Of a DNA stretch of 64,000 nt, positions 41,620-55,454 are shown piece after piece. The DNA comes from Pecten maximus. Its lineage: Eukaryota. The stretch covers positions 34,038,001 to 34,102,000 of the forward strand of contig NC_047019.1 in NCBI RefSeq assembly GCF_902652985.1. The letters run 5' to 3'. The notes below the pieces were generated by a model. The model saw only the letters and a program-made list of their open reading frames with translations. It ran no database searches and was not told where the DNA came from. Made by a program: the position numbers and the translations under genes. Within the stretch, counting starts at the first letter, position 1, and each line of letters opens with the position of its first letter.

Positions 41620-42100
41620 ACACGATCGTGTTACAATTGTTAACCTTGATGATCAAAGTTTACGAGAAAAAGGGAAAAAACATGTAGGCTCTATGAATGG
41701 CTTAAAAATCAAAATTTTGGAATAGTTCTTATGCAAGAAACAAGTAAGTTTCTCTAAAGATTTGTGTTATCAAATTATTAGAGAGACATTTTACTTTGCT
41801 AAGGATTATCACAGTTTCGGTAAAGCAAAAAGCCGAGGTGTGAGTATACTAATTAACTTTGTATTAGACAGAAGATTGGATAATGAAGGTAGATACCTTA
41901 TGATAAATATAGAAGTTAAGGATACGATCCATACTGTGTCAAATCTGTAAGCTAAAAATGTGTTTTTGAAAAATATAAAGAGAGTATTCAACGATTTAAG
42001 CAGGGCATGGTTATTACAGGAGGTGATTTTAACGAAGCTAAAAATGGAATAGACAGAATTTCTAGAAATCAGAATAGTTACAGGTAAACATTTCAGATTT
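41620..42100 (+). mobile_element. L1/Tx1-type APE endonuclease relic
   Basis: Motifs LMQET, SRGVSILI, DNEGRYLMINI, NL*AKN (NxYAPN) and GGDFN in the correct order, with stops and frameshifts. Confidence 0.8.
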
Positions 42101-42949
42101 TTGTTGTAGATGTTAAAAACGAAATTCACCCATTTTTAAAATGGCTACCCGGGAAAAAATTAAGCTGAATGACCCAACTTTCATTTTTGATTAAGTGTTA
42201 TATGAGACACTAAATTTTGTTATAAACCATAATTGCCATATTGAATTCAACAATTTTAATGATATTATCCTAAATGTTAACACTAAAGTCTATGGAAAAC
42301 AATTGGTTGGTCCCTATAAGCCGAGTGTTTGTCAGTGCGATTTGGTTTGGAATTCCTCTCTAAGTGCAGTAAACACTTTAAGCCCAATAAAATATGGTGT
42401 CATCTTGTGGCTTACATCAATGTATCCGATGCGTTATTTTTGAATAATGGATATATAGCTGGCATGTTAGGTGATGGTTACTCCACCGACAGAACTTGCC
42501 AACCGTAATTACAAAGGATACTTACAAAAGTCATGCAAGTTAATAACACATTTAAAGATAGATAAAGTATATACATACCTGTTGCTCTCCTGTTAGTGGT
42601 ATTACGTAATGTTCATGCAGCAGTGCTCTTATATTGATACACAATCATAGGCGTGCATATGTATGTCATATGATCGTGTTTACGTTATCCTAATCTAATG
42701 TATATGACTTATCACAGTATAAAACTTTTTTTTTTTTTTTAGATTCAAGGTTAACAAACAACAAACGAACCTGTATTAGAATTTGATAAGAACTAATACG
42801 TGCAATATTTTGAACTATCTACGAATATATAGTTATGTACCGATATCCACGCGCTTCGTTAGGAATATGTTTAAAACCTACACTATACTTGTTTCTTGTA
42901 GATGTTTTAGAAATTGGTATGTGAAGTTGCCAGGTCATGATGAGGCGAT

Positions 42950-43600
42950 TTATGAAGAGATTTTTTTAGCTCTGTAAGAAAATGGTTGTTGTAAATTTTT
43001 GTGTTCGTCGTTTTTAAAGTTAAGCTTTTTTGTTTCTTTTTGTTTCCTGACTGATTTGATTTTTTTAAAGTGGGAGGAGGAAATGAACATTATCGGATAA
43101 TGTCCCATGCCTTCTTTGCTTTTGTTGTTTGGCGATATTTTGGGTCGATATTCCTTTAGGTTTGTTGGCCTTTTTTCATCCTTTATCTTTCTTCGTGTTT
43201 TTGATTTTTTTAGATTGATGTAATTCCCTTCTTTGATGCACCTTATGGCTTGCCGTAGTGCGATCCTACGGTTTAAACCACATTTGAAGGATCTTTCCAA
43301 AAGTAGGAACATTTGGGTTTCGCAATGGTTTTATGGATGAATTTTACGGCAATAACATAGATCTTTCATTTTGTTAAAATAAGACTCCATTAGTTCCTCT
43401 CTGCACAACTGTTGGAATAGGTTCCAGTAGGTTTTATATAGATTCCAACGAAGTACAGGTTCATGTAATGGTGATCCACTACTTTCCAAAAATGGATGGT
43501 AAAGCGAAATGTGGGTAAGATATCTTACAGACAGATGTAGATAGGTTGGGCTATCTGTATTAAACAACACATGTTTTGTTTGGTTATGACATTCTAAATG
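42950..43600 (-). mobile_element. Possible degenerate Penelope-like RT/thumb fragment
   Basis: PFLE.., IYIKPTGTYSNS (YxKPT motif), ..ALRQAIR..GNY.. and a Lys-rich linker across shifting frames. Confidence 0.45.
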
Positions 43601-43659
43601 CGTCTATCCCTATAATTGATATTGCCTGATCACACATTTCCATCCTCAATAATAGGTTA

Positions 43660-43709
43660 ACTTTAGACTCTGACTAGATAGGTTGACCAATCTAGTCAGG
43701 GTCTAAAGT
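43660..43709. repeat. 50-bp near-perfect palindrome
   Basis: actttagactctgactagat / atctagtcagggtctaaagt, 19 of 20 positions paired. Confidence 0.9.
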
Positions 43710-46597
43710 AAACTGTTGTGTTATATAATGGCTCCGGCAACCAAGGCTCTAAGTTTCATGGAACGACGCACGGCAGGGTAGCATGAATTCAATATCATTA
43801 AATTATAATAATGTTATCACACTACACTTTTCTCAAGAGGGGCGAACAAAATTGATTTTTGCATAACAATTTCTTTGCGAACTCTGTTAATAGGAAGGGA
43901 GAAAAATATCCCACTTATTGTTCACACTTCCTCATATTGACATCTAACTTGAGCATTCATTCATGCGAGGTTGGATGTGTTCCGAGCAGTAGTATATCAC
44001 TTTTATTAAAATGACGCTTCTAACACGGTTCGTCTATTGTAAAAATTTCATTCATATGAAAAACTATAATATTAAATGAAAGAATATGATTGTTCTCGAA
44101 TGCATAGAAATCATTTTATCATACATAGTGGCCCAATACTGCATAATGAGTAAACTTTTTTATCTTACTGTGGCCTAGGAGTTTTGATGTCGTATGTGCT
44201 GAGCCCGGTTGGGAGAGTGATAGTCACGTATTTACATTCTAGTAATTAAACTGTAGATACAAGGCGGATATCAGCACTTCAGAATGAATAGGTTGTCTGA
44301 ATAGGTAACATAACCCTTGAAAAGTTGTTTTTTTTCAAATCCACCTGGGGATATGTTCATGGTGTTATATTCGGAAATAACAAAAAGTTGCTGTGTCGAT
44401 TTCATATACCTTAAAAGCACTTGCACACCAGGAAATTGGGTAGGTAACGGGAAGGTAAAACAAAGTTAAGAATTCATGATAAAATACCCGCGGTTTCCCC
44501 TTATGGCAATATTGACAGTCGGTGCAATTTGTACACATTTCGCGTAGGATGTTCAGTCGTCTAGTCAAATCAGTAAATAACGTTGACACAAAAAACAAGG
44601 AGGTACAAATTGGATATCAAATACGCTTAACTGGATGTTTGTTAATTTGTCCGTGGATCGAACTATTTTTATACCATGTATAAACCTGACATCATAGCCA
44701 CTTTTGCATACTCCCTAGCCTCTGCTATAAAAAGAATTCCAAACTATATTCTGAGCTATGATATATTTGCGATAAGAACAGATACCAATAGGGAGAGCAA
44801 GTCACTGAAATTTGGAATGCGGTAATCTTTAACATTCCCAAATATATGTTAATATGCATCGCAGGTTTCAAATTGAATTTTAGTACTTTTCCTAGTACAA
44901 AGCATGATAGGACACTGATATAAATTTGTCTTCTTATTTTGATTATGCACGGCAGCATTGTAAGCAATTCTTAATATGCGAAGAAATACAGTCATTCATG
45001 AAGAATTTGTGGAGGAGGAAAGGAAACATTTACGACACGAGGTGGAGGAAAAGAATAATTGGAGACTATGTGAAGGAATTTATATGTACACCTATGTCGG
45101 GTAGATATTCCGCCAACTTGTTTCACGTCGATAGATTCTATACAATAATAGTAGGAATAGTTAATATGTCGGTTAAATATTCCATCAACTAGTGAAGCGC
45201 CGATAGATTCCAGATAAAAATAGTAGGAATCTTTAATAACTTACATACTTAGGACTATATAAGGCTGGATATTTTTGTACTATTTTGTCGGATTCAAAGG
45301 ACTGTACTGAGCAGTCCTTCACACGAGAATAAACCAAGATATAACTACACTTCGGGCTCCATCTTCCTCTCTTACACCGCACCAAACAAAATCTACAAGT
45401 AACTACAAAACATTGTCGGTCACATTTCGGTAGTGACTGCGACACAGATCTTGACATAACATACCAACAAACAACTCGCCCTCGAACAAAAACTCAACTT
45501 CGCAAAACCCACCCACAAATTGTGAATTGCACAAAACACCAACGCGACAACTCATCTGATGACGAACCTGTTCTCCACATGGAATTGCGCAGTCACAGAC
45601 ACAAAAAATAGCACACTGTCCAAAACACAAATTCTGTTGACATATAGAAAATAATATGATGCATGCGAATGAATAATATAAGATGATGCATGCGAATGAA
45701 TGTTTAGGGTGTAAGGAAAATATATAATATGCGCGATATGAAGTATAGTATGGCTGACATAATAATTGAATTATTATTTAATGAAGAAATGAATATTTAT
45801 AAACATACAATTTGTTTATACATCCAATATATTAAGAGTGTGAAAATACATATTTATTATTATAATTATTATTGAACTCTGAAATGTATTAGTAGGGGTG
45901 TTGAATTCAAGGTCAAGTGTGTAGTATATATAATGTATTAAATGTTCACAGCTAGTGTTTATGGAAATATATACATGAACATAAATTAGTATGTCTGACA
46001 CAATGACACAATTATTGACGTAGAAATTAATTAATGTACATGTGTCTATAAATTAAGGTATATTGATAAGGGAAAACATGATTCTAATGTACTGCAAAAT
46101 AAACTATAAATGGTAAGATATACATACTTATGCTATGCGTGTGTGTAAGGAGCAGTGTGTGTGTGTGGGGGGGGGGGGGGGGGTGCGAGAAAGAGAGAGA
46201 GAGATGACATTAAACTTGTTAGAAGAAAGAAAGAAGACGTATGGCGAATGATAGCCCTCTTACACGAGGACATTTATGTATCTGCAGCTTTGAAAAAATA
46301 AATTTAATTGAACCTAAAAAAAAAAAAAAAAAAAAAATTCTGTTGACAATTATCAAACTAAAACTAAAACTTAACTTCTCAAACCTCGTCGATGTCATCG
46401 GATACAAAAACCACAGAAGCAGACACTAATCAAATACATAAATCATACAAAACTGAACTACAGCATATGTTAAAAAAACCAGGAAACATAACTTAACTTA
46501 CTTCCTTCATAAATATATTGTCAGTATATCATATTTTTGTACGAATGTATCGTTATTAAATATTCCTTTGACGATGCCGATTTCCTCCAATTCACCA

Positions 46598-46821
46598 GGG
46601 GCCGCGGTGGCCGAGTAGTTAAGGTGTCCCGACACATTATCACTAGCCCTCCACCTCTGGGTTGCGAGTTCGAAACCTACGTGGGGCAGTTGCCAGGTAC
46701 TGACCGTAGGCCGGTGGTTTTTCTCCGGGTACTCCGGCTTTCCTCCACCTCCAAACCTGGCACGTCCTTAAATGACCCTGGCTGTTAATAGGACGTTAAA
46801 CAAAAACAAAACAAAACAAAA
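46598..46821 (+). mobile_element. Full-length V-domain tRNA-SINE
   Basis: Near-identical to 35361-35579; 11-bp TSD ccaattcacca; (caaaa)n tail. Confidence 0.92.
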
Positions 46822-47127
46822 CCAATTCACCAAAGTCAAGGAATCAAATTTGTGCTGCTTGCTGCACTTGTTGCAAAATATCATCTGGAATCTACAGCTA
46901 TTACTGTCAACCAAGAAATATTTAAAGTTATACTTCTTAATGAAGAAGATGTTAGCTCATGTACTCACCCTTTTTATAATTATTGTCAATTCACATCTCC
47001 TATATACCCAAATATTTACATTTTCACTTCGCTCCGCCTCAACGAACATAGTAAACTCAGATCACTTCATTTCCTGTTGAAGATTTTGGGTCGCGTGCTT
47101 CTGTTCTGAGAAACGAATCACTTTCTT

Positions 47128-47557
47128 GATCAGTCACACAGAACATTCAATTTGACAAATTGAAAGAACTTCACAACATACAGAATCCGGCCAGTGATCG
47201 TTGGAAAGAAGTCTGCGAAGAAGGGCGACTACCAATATACAGGAGAGGTAACCATTGCTTGATAAAGATATGATGTTGTGCCTGAGAATATTATTCTTAT
47301 AATGTTTTATCAAAACATTTTGATATATTTAACCCGGGATTATCAGCGACAATATTGAGTTTCAAATTAATATCTTCAACGTTAATTGGACGATACAATC
47401 GCTTTAATGTCCTGCCATAATCCCTGCTAAATCGATCTTAATAATACTACCAAATAGTTAAATGTTACTATATTTTCTCTGATTGACTGTCAGCACTGAA
47501 CGCATAATTAGCCCATTTCAGTTTCATTTAAATAGGCCAGGTGGCTTGGATGGATTA
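47128..47557 (+). pseudogene. Inverted duplicate of SULT exon 4 (3' part) plus intron 4
   Basis: Reverse complement of 52866-53294; encodes SVTQNIQFDKLKELHNIQNPASDRWKEVCEEGRLPIYRRG|gtaa. Confidence 0.93.
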
Positions 47558-47576
47558 AATCTGGTTAACGTAAATA

Positions 47577-47735
47577 TAAGGATTGATTGTCAATTTGGTT
47601 GCTTGCATGGACTGATGAAGGGAAGTGAACCTCGTGCAAATGGTACATGAACTGCTTCGCAGTTCCCTTCATTTTCACGAGGTTCACTTCCCTTCATCAG
47701 TCCATGAAAGCAACAAAATTGGCAATCAATCCTTA
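47577..47735. mobile_element. Palindromic MITE, ~160 bp
   Basis: taaggattgattg..catggactgatgaagggaagtgaacctcgtg / cacgaggttcacttcccttcatcagtccatg..caatcaatcctta. Confidence 0.85.
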
Positions 47736-49090
47736 AATAATTTAAGTATACATTGTATTGTTGCTCTGTTTACCGACAACAAAATAGATATGAATAAATA
47801 GTTTGTTATTATTGTTGTCCTAGGTTCTCAGCTAGCTAGCTACTGTAGCTTTTCATATTGCAAATGTTCTTGGACTATTACATCAGCTATTCGTCCACTA
47901 AATATAACATTTCCATCACACCTTTACTTAAATATTTCAATTAGCTCATTATGGCATCCCTTTCACCAAAACTTTCCAAACTATTCCACATTAAATATTG
48001 CGAGTAATTTACAAAAAAAAAATGGACAAACTATCTATGAAATCCTTGATTAAAGAACTCCCAATAGTAGGGTTATAAATAGAGATATTTTAGGATTTTA
48101 AACAATATGTACTTCCAGTGTTTTCAGCTCTGGTTGGTATTATTATATCTAAAGTTTTAGTTAATTTGTATTGCAATTGTTCAAGTAAGTGTAGTAGAAA
48201 GAGTCAAATCTACTTAGTATGTTGACTATAGCTTAAGTGAAAGTAAGCAAGAGAGAAGTTCTTCCCATGTGACCAGCTTATCACCAGTTCCTTTACCAGC
48301 GGCAGTACCACTGATTCCACCATCGTATCAGCAAACGCCCATTTATCCGCGGTTACAATCTGCTATGAGATGTCAGATAACAGCGGCCTATTCAATTAAG
48401 ACTCGTAGGTACGTCGTTTCAATTTTTATATGATTGTGTGTTCATATCGACATTCGTCTCAATCGTTATGCGATCATGTGTTCGTATAGACATTTTAACT
48501 GTGAATTATGTATGTGTCCATTGCTTGTCAACATTAATTATTGTATTTGTGTTTATTTACAGATGACTCTGGTCATTGTCACGTAATGAACAAATAAAGC
48601 GTCGTACGTCAGACAAATAGAACTGGATCTTATTTACCGACTCCGATTATCGAAGATGATTAATGCATTCATCCATATTGTATCTTATCGTCAAATTTTT
48701 ATTGAATAGTTCATGTGCTCTGTTTTTCCAGATATTACATACAAAAGTTCCAACATTTTCAACAGAGGTAACATCATATCATCCTCAACATATCAGATAT
48801 ATTCATATACACCGAAGAGACGTCTTCATCTAAATCAACAACAATGGAGAGTTCAGCCTAACGTGATTCCAACACGAGGTATATTTTGTAAATTGAACTT
48901 TTTTTTTATATTATATCAGTCAGAGACAGTGATGTGATAGTGCACGAATTATTATTTATATAATCTACAGTACTCAAACGACATAACAACACACCAAATT
49001 TCAACGGATAGGGAAATACCTGATGCATTTCAAATGCCAAGGAAAATAATTATACAGTTTCCTTTTCCGAAGAAGAAACATCAACATAAC

Positions 49091-52000
49091 TATATATATC
49101 AGGTTATCTCTGTGGTGTAGGGAATTTCAAGACGGCTGATTTTTTATTTTTTTTTTTTTTTATTTTATTGTTGGTGTTGAAATCATGTGGGCGATGGATC
49201 TATATACACATTAAGAGGGTTTACAAACAGTTCAGATAAAACATGAAACACAAAAAACAAATGATAGATTGGATGTTGTCGAAAAGTGATCATGGTGTAT
49301 TGAAAATATTCTTCTTGATTATGCAGTAATAAATTAATGTTTAGGATCGTACCCGTCTACGAAGGCATGTCAGGTATTTAGCTGTGAGAGAAAAACCAAA
49401 AGTCGATATTCAGATTACTCAGGAATAGGGCTATCCGGATACCAAATATTGGAATCAACTTTCCGTTTTGGAACGAAAACATGTTCATATATAGGATTGA
49501 GTACTAGGTCGAATGAAAGATTGGTGATACCAAATTTAGATTAAGATTTGAACTGTAGTAACAATTTCGCTCGAAGCTTTTCGCCGTCTGCATCCAAATA
49601 TGTATGAAATCTTAAAAATGATGTAGTTTCTTTATGTGGCGCTTTTCAGATTTATTGCCGCACAGCAGTCTTGCGGTTTGAGAGGCAAAATTGATTGAAG
49701 AGATCGTCTGAACAGATAAAAAAGGTCCTGATTTTTAATTTCATTATGAGATAAGTGAATGGTTTTCTATTATCATATAACAAAAAATTACCGTGACGAT
49801 TACATATGCCTTAAAACATCCGCCGATTACTTCGATCTTGATTCACAACATAACCATGTAACTACTATTTCTAGAAAGTAACATCACTGCTTTATATACC
49901 TGCAATGTTCATGTGACCAATTTCGCTACAAGAACGTGTAACAAATGACGACTGTCCAATTGATCATTTTTGTAATTTAAAGATTTGTATGGCAACAACG
50001 CATCGCCTAAAAGAAACAGAACGTTAGCAATGAAGGAATACGTCTCCAAACTGTCTTCGAAAACATCGTCCGAAAATCAATCAAATCACCTGAGTGCAAG
50101 CAGGCACTGTTGATGAAACCTAACAAATCAAATATATTGTGACAACACATAGTTTTAGTATATATCCGGTACTTAATTATTTCGTTCAATATCAACTCGA
50201 TAATTCTGTTCATCATATTACTTGTGGATACTTTATATCGTGAGTCGTCATGAAATTGTCGTATTGAAGCGCATGTTAGCGATACAGAAATTAGTATCCT
50301 AGTTGTCTCTTGCAATTGATAAAGAACTGAAGCGCATGTTAGCGATACAGAAATTAGTATCCTAGTTGTCTCTTGCAATTGATAAAGAACTATTTAGGTG
50401 TTTAATTGTTGCTAACTACGTCGTCTGATTTAGGGTGTTAGGCAAGAGTCTCTTTCCTATCACATATACTAATGTGGCGCACTACCACACGAAATTTTCA
50501 AGATGAGTCGGGATACAGAGTCCTGACCACTTATTAGCGAATTATTGCCGGCCTCAGAACTCACCAATATGTTTGCATACTTCTACTAACCAATACCGAT
50601 ACGAGAAGTAAAGAACTCGCTTACAGACGTATCTTGCCAATGCAGTTTATTTTCAGATCAAATACATTAAAGAGACATTACCTTGTAATTCTCTAAAACG
50701 CGTTTTGGGAATACCTACTAAAACATATTATTAACATCATGAACCTGAATGGTCGGAGGCGCCAAAATGACTACTTTTCTGAAACAAGTAAGGCTTCAAT
50801 CTGAGATCATTAAAGAACAATGAGAACAGAGTTCATAACCTTTCTAACGGGGCGGACACTCACTTAAAGCCAGTTAAAAGTGAGTTAGTGGCAGAAGTGA
50901 TATCAGGAAGCAGCTAAATAGAATTGTTTAGGAATTAATAATATAAAAACTCGGATTTTTTCAGTTATGCTTATATAGGCAGTCAATATAATTCGTACGC
51001 CTACATTCAACGCAGGGCATTCGAAAGTGTCCAGCCGTCTAGTGAAGTCAGTAGATATTTTTAATACCCTAGTCGTCAATGTCTCGGAGAAAGTGAGAGG
51101 ACAGTGTGGCTGAGGGATACTAAACACTCTGAATTAGATTTTGGTAGATAATGAAACTGTGTATTGAACATTGGTTTATATAATGTGTAAACCCTACTAC
51201 CTGTCTTATGTTGTTGTTTTTTTCACCATTATAATTTGAACGAAAGAATTATAGCTGCGTTTCTCTACTCCGTAACACTAGTAATACAGTATACCGATGA
51301 CCGATTTCCGTCTCGATAGATGGAGATATAAAAAAAATGTTAATATGATATACTTGAAAATCTTTATATGACTATATAAAACAATAAAACTATTTGTGGC
51401 CTCGACGGATACCAATAAGGAGGGGGAATCTGGAATTTCGGAGGTGGAAATCTTAATTACAAAAATACAAATCGCAGGGTTCAGTTTAAACTTTATTTAT
51501 TTTCCTAGTTCATGAACATGATATGACACTGATATAAAAATGTTTTCTTAATTTGATTATTCAGGACAGCATTGTAAACAATTCTTAATACTTAAAGAAA
51601 TTAATTTATGTCTGAAGAAAATATGAAGGCGTAAAGGAAACATGTACAGCTCGAGGTAGAGGGAAAGGAGAAATGAGAAACTAAGTGAAGGAAGTGATTT
51701 GTAGATATATGTCGGTTTGATATTCCACCAACTCTTGACGCGCCGACATTTTATAACAATAGTAGGGATGGTTAATAACAAAAAATAATTCATATCTAAT
51801 TACACACAATATATATAATATAATAATTATAATGTATAACCACATTTTGCCAAATTAGGATGGGCGATATTCTATACTATTCTATTAGTTAATTATATGC
51901 TTTGTCCTCCATGTGACGATGTATACATAACCATTTGGATAACTATCATAGTACCATATATCGAATCGTGATTATTTGAATGTTCATAAAGGATAATATG

Positions 52001-52330
52001 TTATTGATGTGGCCCTGATCGAAGCTGGCCATTGGTAAGTAGTGTCAAAAAGAATAACAATACTACTCGACAAATCGTATGTTATCGGCATGGCTCTTAA
52101 CGACGTGTATATGTGTGTGTGTGTGTGTGTGTGTCATATCTAGGTCCATATACCTCACACTACATTACGATCTGGCCATTGGAAGGTAGTGTCACAATTA
52201 TTAGCTTTCTAGCTAAAACTCCGGACTTAATATCATAATACATGTACGTCTCTGTTCGATGGTAACATTGACTGAATAATGAAATAAATTACAATTTAAT
52301 ATAGATTTTCAAATAATATTTCCAAGACTT
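49091..52330. repeat. Segmental duplication X2 (3' flank of SULT copy C)
   Basis: Collinear with 20511-24322; lacks the MITE and the SINE; has a private ~63-bp tandem duplication at ~50265-50390. Confidence 0.93.
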
Positions 52331-52395
52331 ACACATTTGTTTTGTTTTTTTTTGTTTTTTGTTTTTTTTTCTTCATTTTTTATTATCATTACTTG

Positions 52396-52406
52396 TTTAT
52401 TTTATT
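52396..52406 (-). promoter_or_regulatory. Candidate polyadenylation signals of copy C
   Basis: Two overlapping AATAAA hexamers ~150 nt after the stop codon; the region is AT-rich, so chance occurrence is possible. Confidence 0.45.
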
Positions 52407-52555
52407 ATTATTCTTTTGTTTTTAATTTGATTTTGTTGTAATTTCATGACTCAATCTCCCTTGAAACCTCGCGACCAAGGAAAACTTACAGCTATTACAG
52501 TGAGCATATGATCTGGATATTCGATTCAAGATTTCACATGTGTTCATGGACTTGT

Positions 52556-52665
52556 TTATTCGAATTTGATCTTCAGACCGAGTTTCGCCACTTTCTCCTT
52601 GTACACCCGATCAAACATTTCGCTTTGGGCAACGGTGAACATGTTTTTCCAGTCTCCTGACTGAC
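52556..52665 (-). CDS. Sulfotransferase copy C, exon 5 (110 nt, includes stop)
   Basis: tttcag|GQSGDWKNMFTVAQSEMFDRVYKEKVAKLGLKIKFE*; GxxGDWK and the KxxxTVxxxE dimerisation motif; exons sum to 876 nt in frame. Confidence 0.95.
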
Positions 52666-53174
52666 CTGAAAGCAATGATAAACTGGTCAGCGATTTGTTT
52701 CATTATTTGTTTATGTTTTGTTGGTCCTAAAAGTGTCTGGCGCACCTGCTGTCCTCATCGTTATATCAGCACAGTACGATTAAAGATGGCGCTTACTTTG
52801 ATGGAATGTGACCACGTTTAGGACCACTCTTTACTGTTATTTCACATTAAGATTTAATGTTCATGTAATCCACCCAAGCCACTTGGCCTATTTAAATGAA
52901 ACTGGAATGGGCTAAGTATGCGTTCAGTGCTGACCGTCAATCAGAGAAAATATAGTAACATTTAACTGTTTGGTAGTATTATTAAGATCGATTTAGTAGG
53001 GATTATGGCAGGACATTAAAGCGATTGTATCGTCCAATTAACGTTGAAGATATTAATTTGAAACACAATGTTGTCGCTGATAATCCCGGGTTAAATATAT
53101 CAAAATGTTTTTGATAAAACATTATAAGAATAATATTCTCAGGCACAACATCATATCTACCAAGCAATGGTTAC

Positions 53175-53361
53175 CTTTCCAGTATATTGGTAGTCGCCCT
53201 TCTTCGCAGATTTCTTTCCAACGATCACTGGCCGGATTCTGTATGTTGTGAAGTTCTTTCAATTTGTCAAATTGAATATTCTGCGTGACTGATCGCAGAA
53301 AATCTTCATCGTGATCAACTTCTAAAAACTGAGCTAACTTGACGACGTTTGCAAATGTATT
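53175..53361 (-). CDS. Sulfotransferase copy C, exon 4 (187 nt)
   Basis: ttgtag|NTFANVVKLAQFLEVDHDEDFLRSVTQNIQFDKLK...RLPIYWK-G|gtaacc; not shown in the ORF track. Confidence 0.93.
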
Positions 53362-54268
53362 CTACAATATATAACGTACAAATATGCAAATGTAAAGTAT
53401 GTTCGACTGTTTCCTTGGAAAATTGCTAGAAAATGGTTACAAGCAGGTCAACAGTACACGGCTGATTCATGCCTATTCAGTTAAAACCTTCCCCGAGGTC
53501 AGGAACCTAAAACCTATTTCTCGAGGTTTAATGTTATGTCAGGTGTCGTTTAGATTTGATTTTAAATAGTCTGATTATTTTTGGTTATTCAAGCAGGAAA
53601 AGCAAATGTATATCATCAGTCAGAAGTGAAACTTATTTCTCCCGGTGTTGTAACCGACCCAATGATGTCTCGGCTTGCGACAGTTCATCGGGTTAGTCCC
53701 TTCACCGTTGGGGAAAAGTTTTGTCTGGCTATTAATACCATCGTAATATTGTTTAACTATAGCAGCTAAACATTTGTCCAATTCATTTCGAAATTTTTAT
53801 ATTTTGTTTAAGGATCAAAAAAACAAAACAAAATACAAAAATGTCCTCACACATGAGGGCTAGCATTCGCCATACTTCATTCCTATTATAAGTTCGTACA
53901 TGTATAAAATGGTGTTGTGCAGCCTTGTTAGCGTAGCTTACTCCAAATCAAGTGTTCCTTGCCGGATGCAAACTACCCCGAAGTAAACACGTGTAGGAGT
54001 GTATAACGTGAGTCTGTGCACAACACGTGTCATCGACTGCGGTTGTTTGGAGACTGCGCTTTACAGTATTACTGAGTAAGTCTTATTTGTAGTTATGTAA
54101 ATAGTTCAGTATTTAAATTTTCATTATTAAAAATAATTTAAATCATATACTGTTTTACTAAAGACTTAGACTAAGTTATTTCTGATTCTGACGAGATTTT
54201 ATGTGCCACATCGTGAAATATCTGTGTTTGTCAGTTAAACTGCATTCGAGGTTTTTGCATCAATTTAC

Positions 54269-54360
54269 CTTTCGAAAGTCCTCGTAAGAAAGACTTAGGC
54301 AATACGGACTTTTCCATTTCTCCAGGTCTTGAATCCAGGAAAACCATGAACTGACGAAAT
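54269..54360 (-). CDS. Sulfotransferase copy C, exon 3 (92 nt)
   Basis: acttag|(H)FVSSWFSWIQDLEKWKSPYCLSLSYEDFRK|gtaaat. Confidence 0.93.
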
Positions 54361-54684
54361 CTAAGTTAACATAAAATTGCCAACGTCAAATCGAATCGAG
54401 TTTGAATAAGTCTTAAGATATAATAAAAATCTTATTTTTCTTTTTATTTGCTTTATATTTTCATGAAACGTATCACAATAGAACATGATAAAAAGTCATC
54501 TTAGATAATACACAAAATCATGCAGCAGTACGAGAGGTGTTCATAATCCCATAAACAGCATAGTGCCCAACCATCACTGGGCGCTCATCTAAAAAAAATT
54601 GCCTTAGCCATTCTAATGCATTAAAAACTTTTTTTTTCTCGATGACATTTAAAAAAACAAAGCATGTCCAAGTTAAAATCTTAC

Positions 54685-54999
54685 GTTCTTCGCTGAGGAA
54701 ATATTTTAGGTAGCCTTCAAACGTTCCCTGGTAGCCGACAAATTTTGTGAGTTTTTGCAGCATGTGGTACATTGATACCACGATGTCCTTCGGATTACGG
54801 GTGATGGTGACAATTTTCCCTTTACCGAGCTTCATCTGATCGGGGAGGAACCGGAAACGCAGGTGCGAGCCGAATGTTCGCGGCGACTGCATTTCTTCAA
54901 TGTCGTTGAAATCTTGAAATTCCATCATTGTAGGTGTTCCATGATATGTCAAGGATCCTGATCGTAACATCATCACGGTGTTGTATAGCCAATGTGTAC
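54685..54999 (-). CDS. Sulfotransferase copy C, exon 2 (315 nt)
   Basis: ccctag|GTHW...SPRTFGSHL...RNPKDIVVS...LSEE-C|gtaaga. Confidence 0.95.
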
Positions 55000-55282
55000 C
55001 TAGGGTATTAAACACTGTCATCTCAACTATATTATAAACCTTCTCAATGATATATACCATGAGTGTGTAGGTAATGGTATCACATCAGATAAACATTGAG
55101 CTCAACATGTTGACCGTGTTATGAAATATCAAATGCATGAATGTCGTGTTTTTTTTCACTAGGCATATATATTACAACAACAAAAATAGACAACTATAGC
55201 AGGATATATTTAAGTCGGAAGTCACATAGCCAAAGGTAAAATGCTTTTGAATACATGCTTTGTAATAAAATAAGACATTTAC

Positions 55283-55454
55283 CAGATTTAGGAAAAACGC
55301 AAACCAGCACATCGTCCTCCTTGATATTGCGCTGGGCTATTTTGTCAAGCTGATCTCTAACATTTCCAACGACATCTAAGGTAAACGGGTGTCCGTTGTA
55401 TCGTTTAAAAGCATATTTGTTGTTTTCTTCGTCGACGATGGTAGCAACTTCCAT
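55283..55454 (-). CDS. Cytosolic sulfotransferase copy C (complete, 291 aa, SULT1-like), exon 1 of 5
   Basis: MEVATIVDEENNKY...FPKS-G|gtaaat; acceptor tttatag 2 nt upstream of the ATG. Confidence 0.95.

Noticed and set aside
47860-48180. Possible minus-strand LINE RT fragment
   Set aside because: Only vague motif resemblance with many stops; not supportable without a search.
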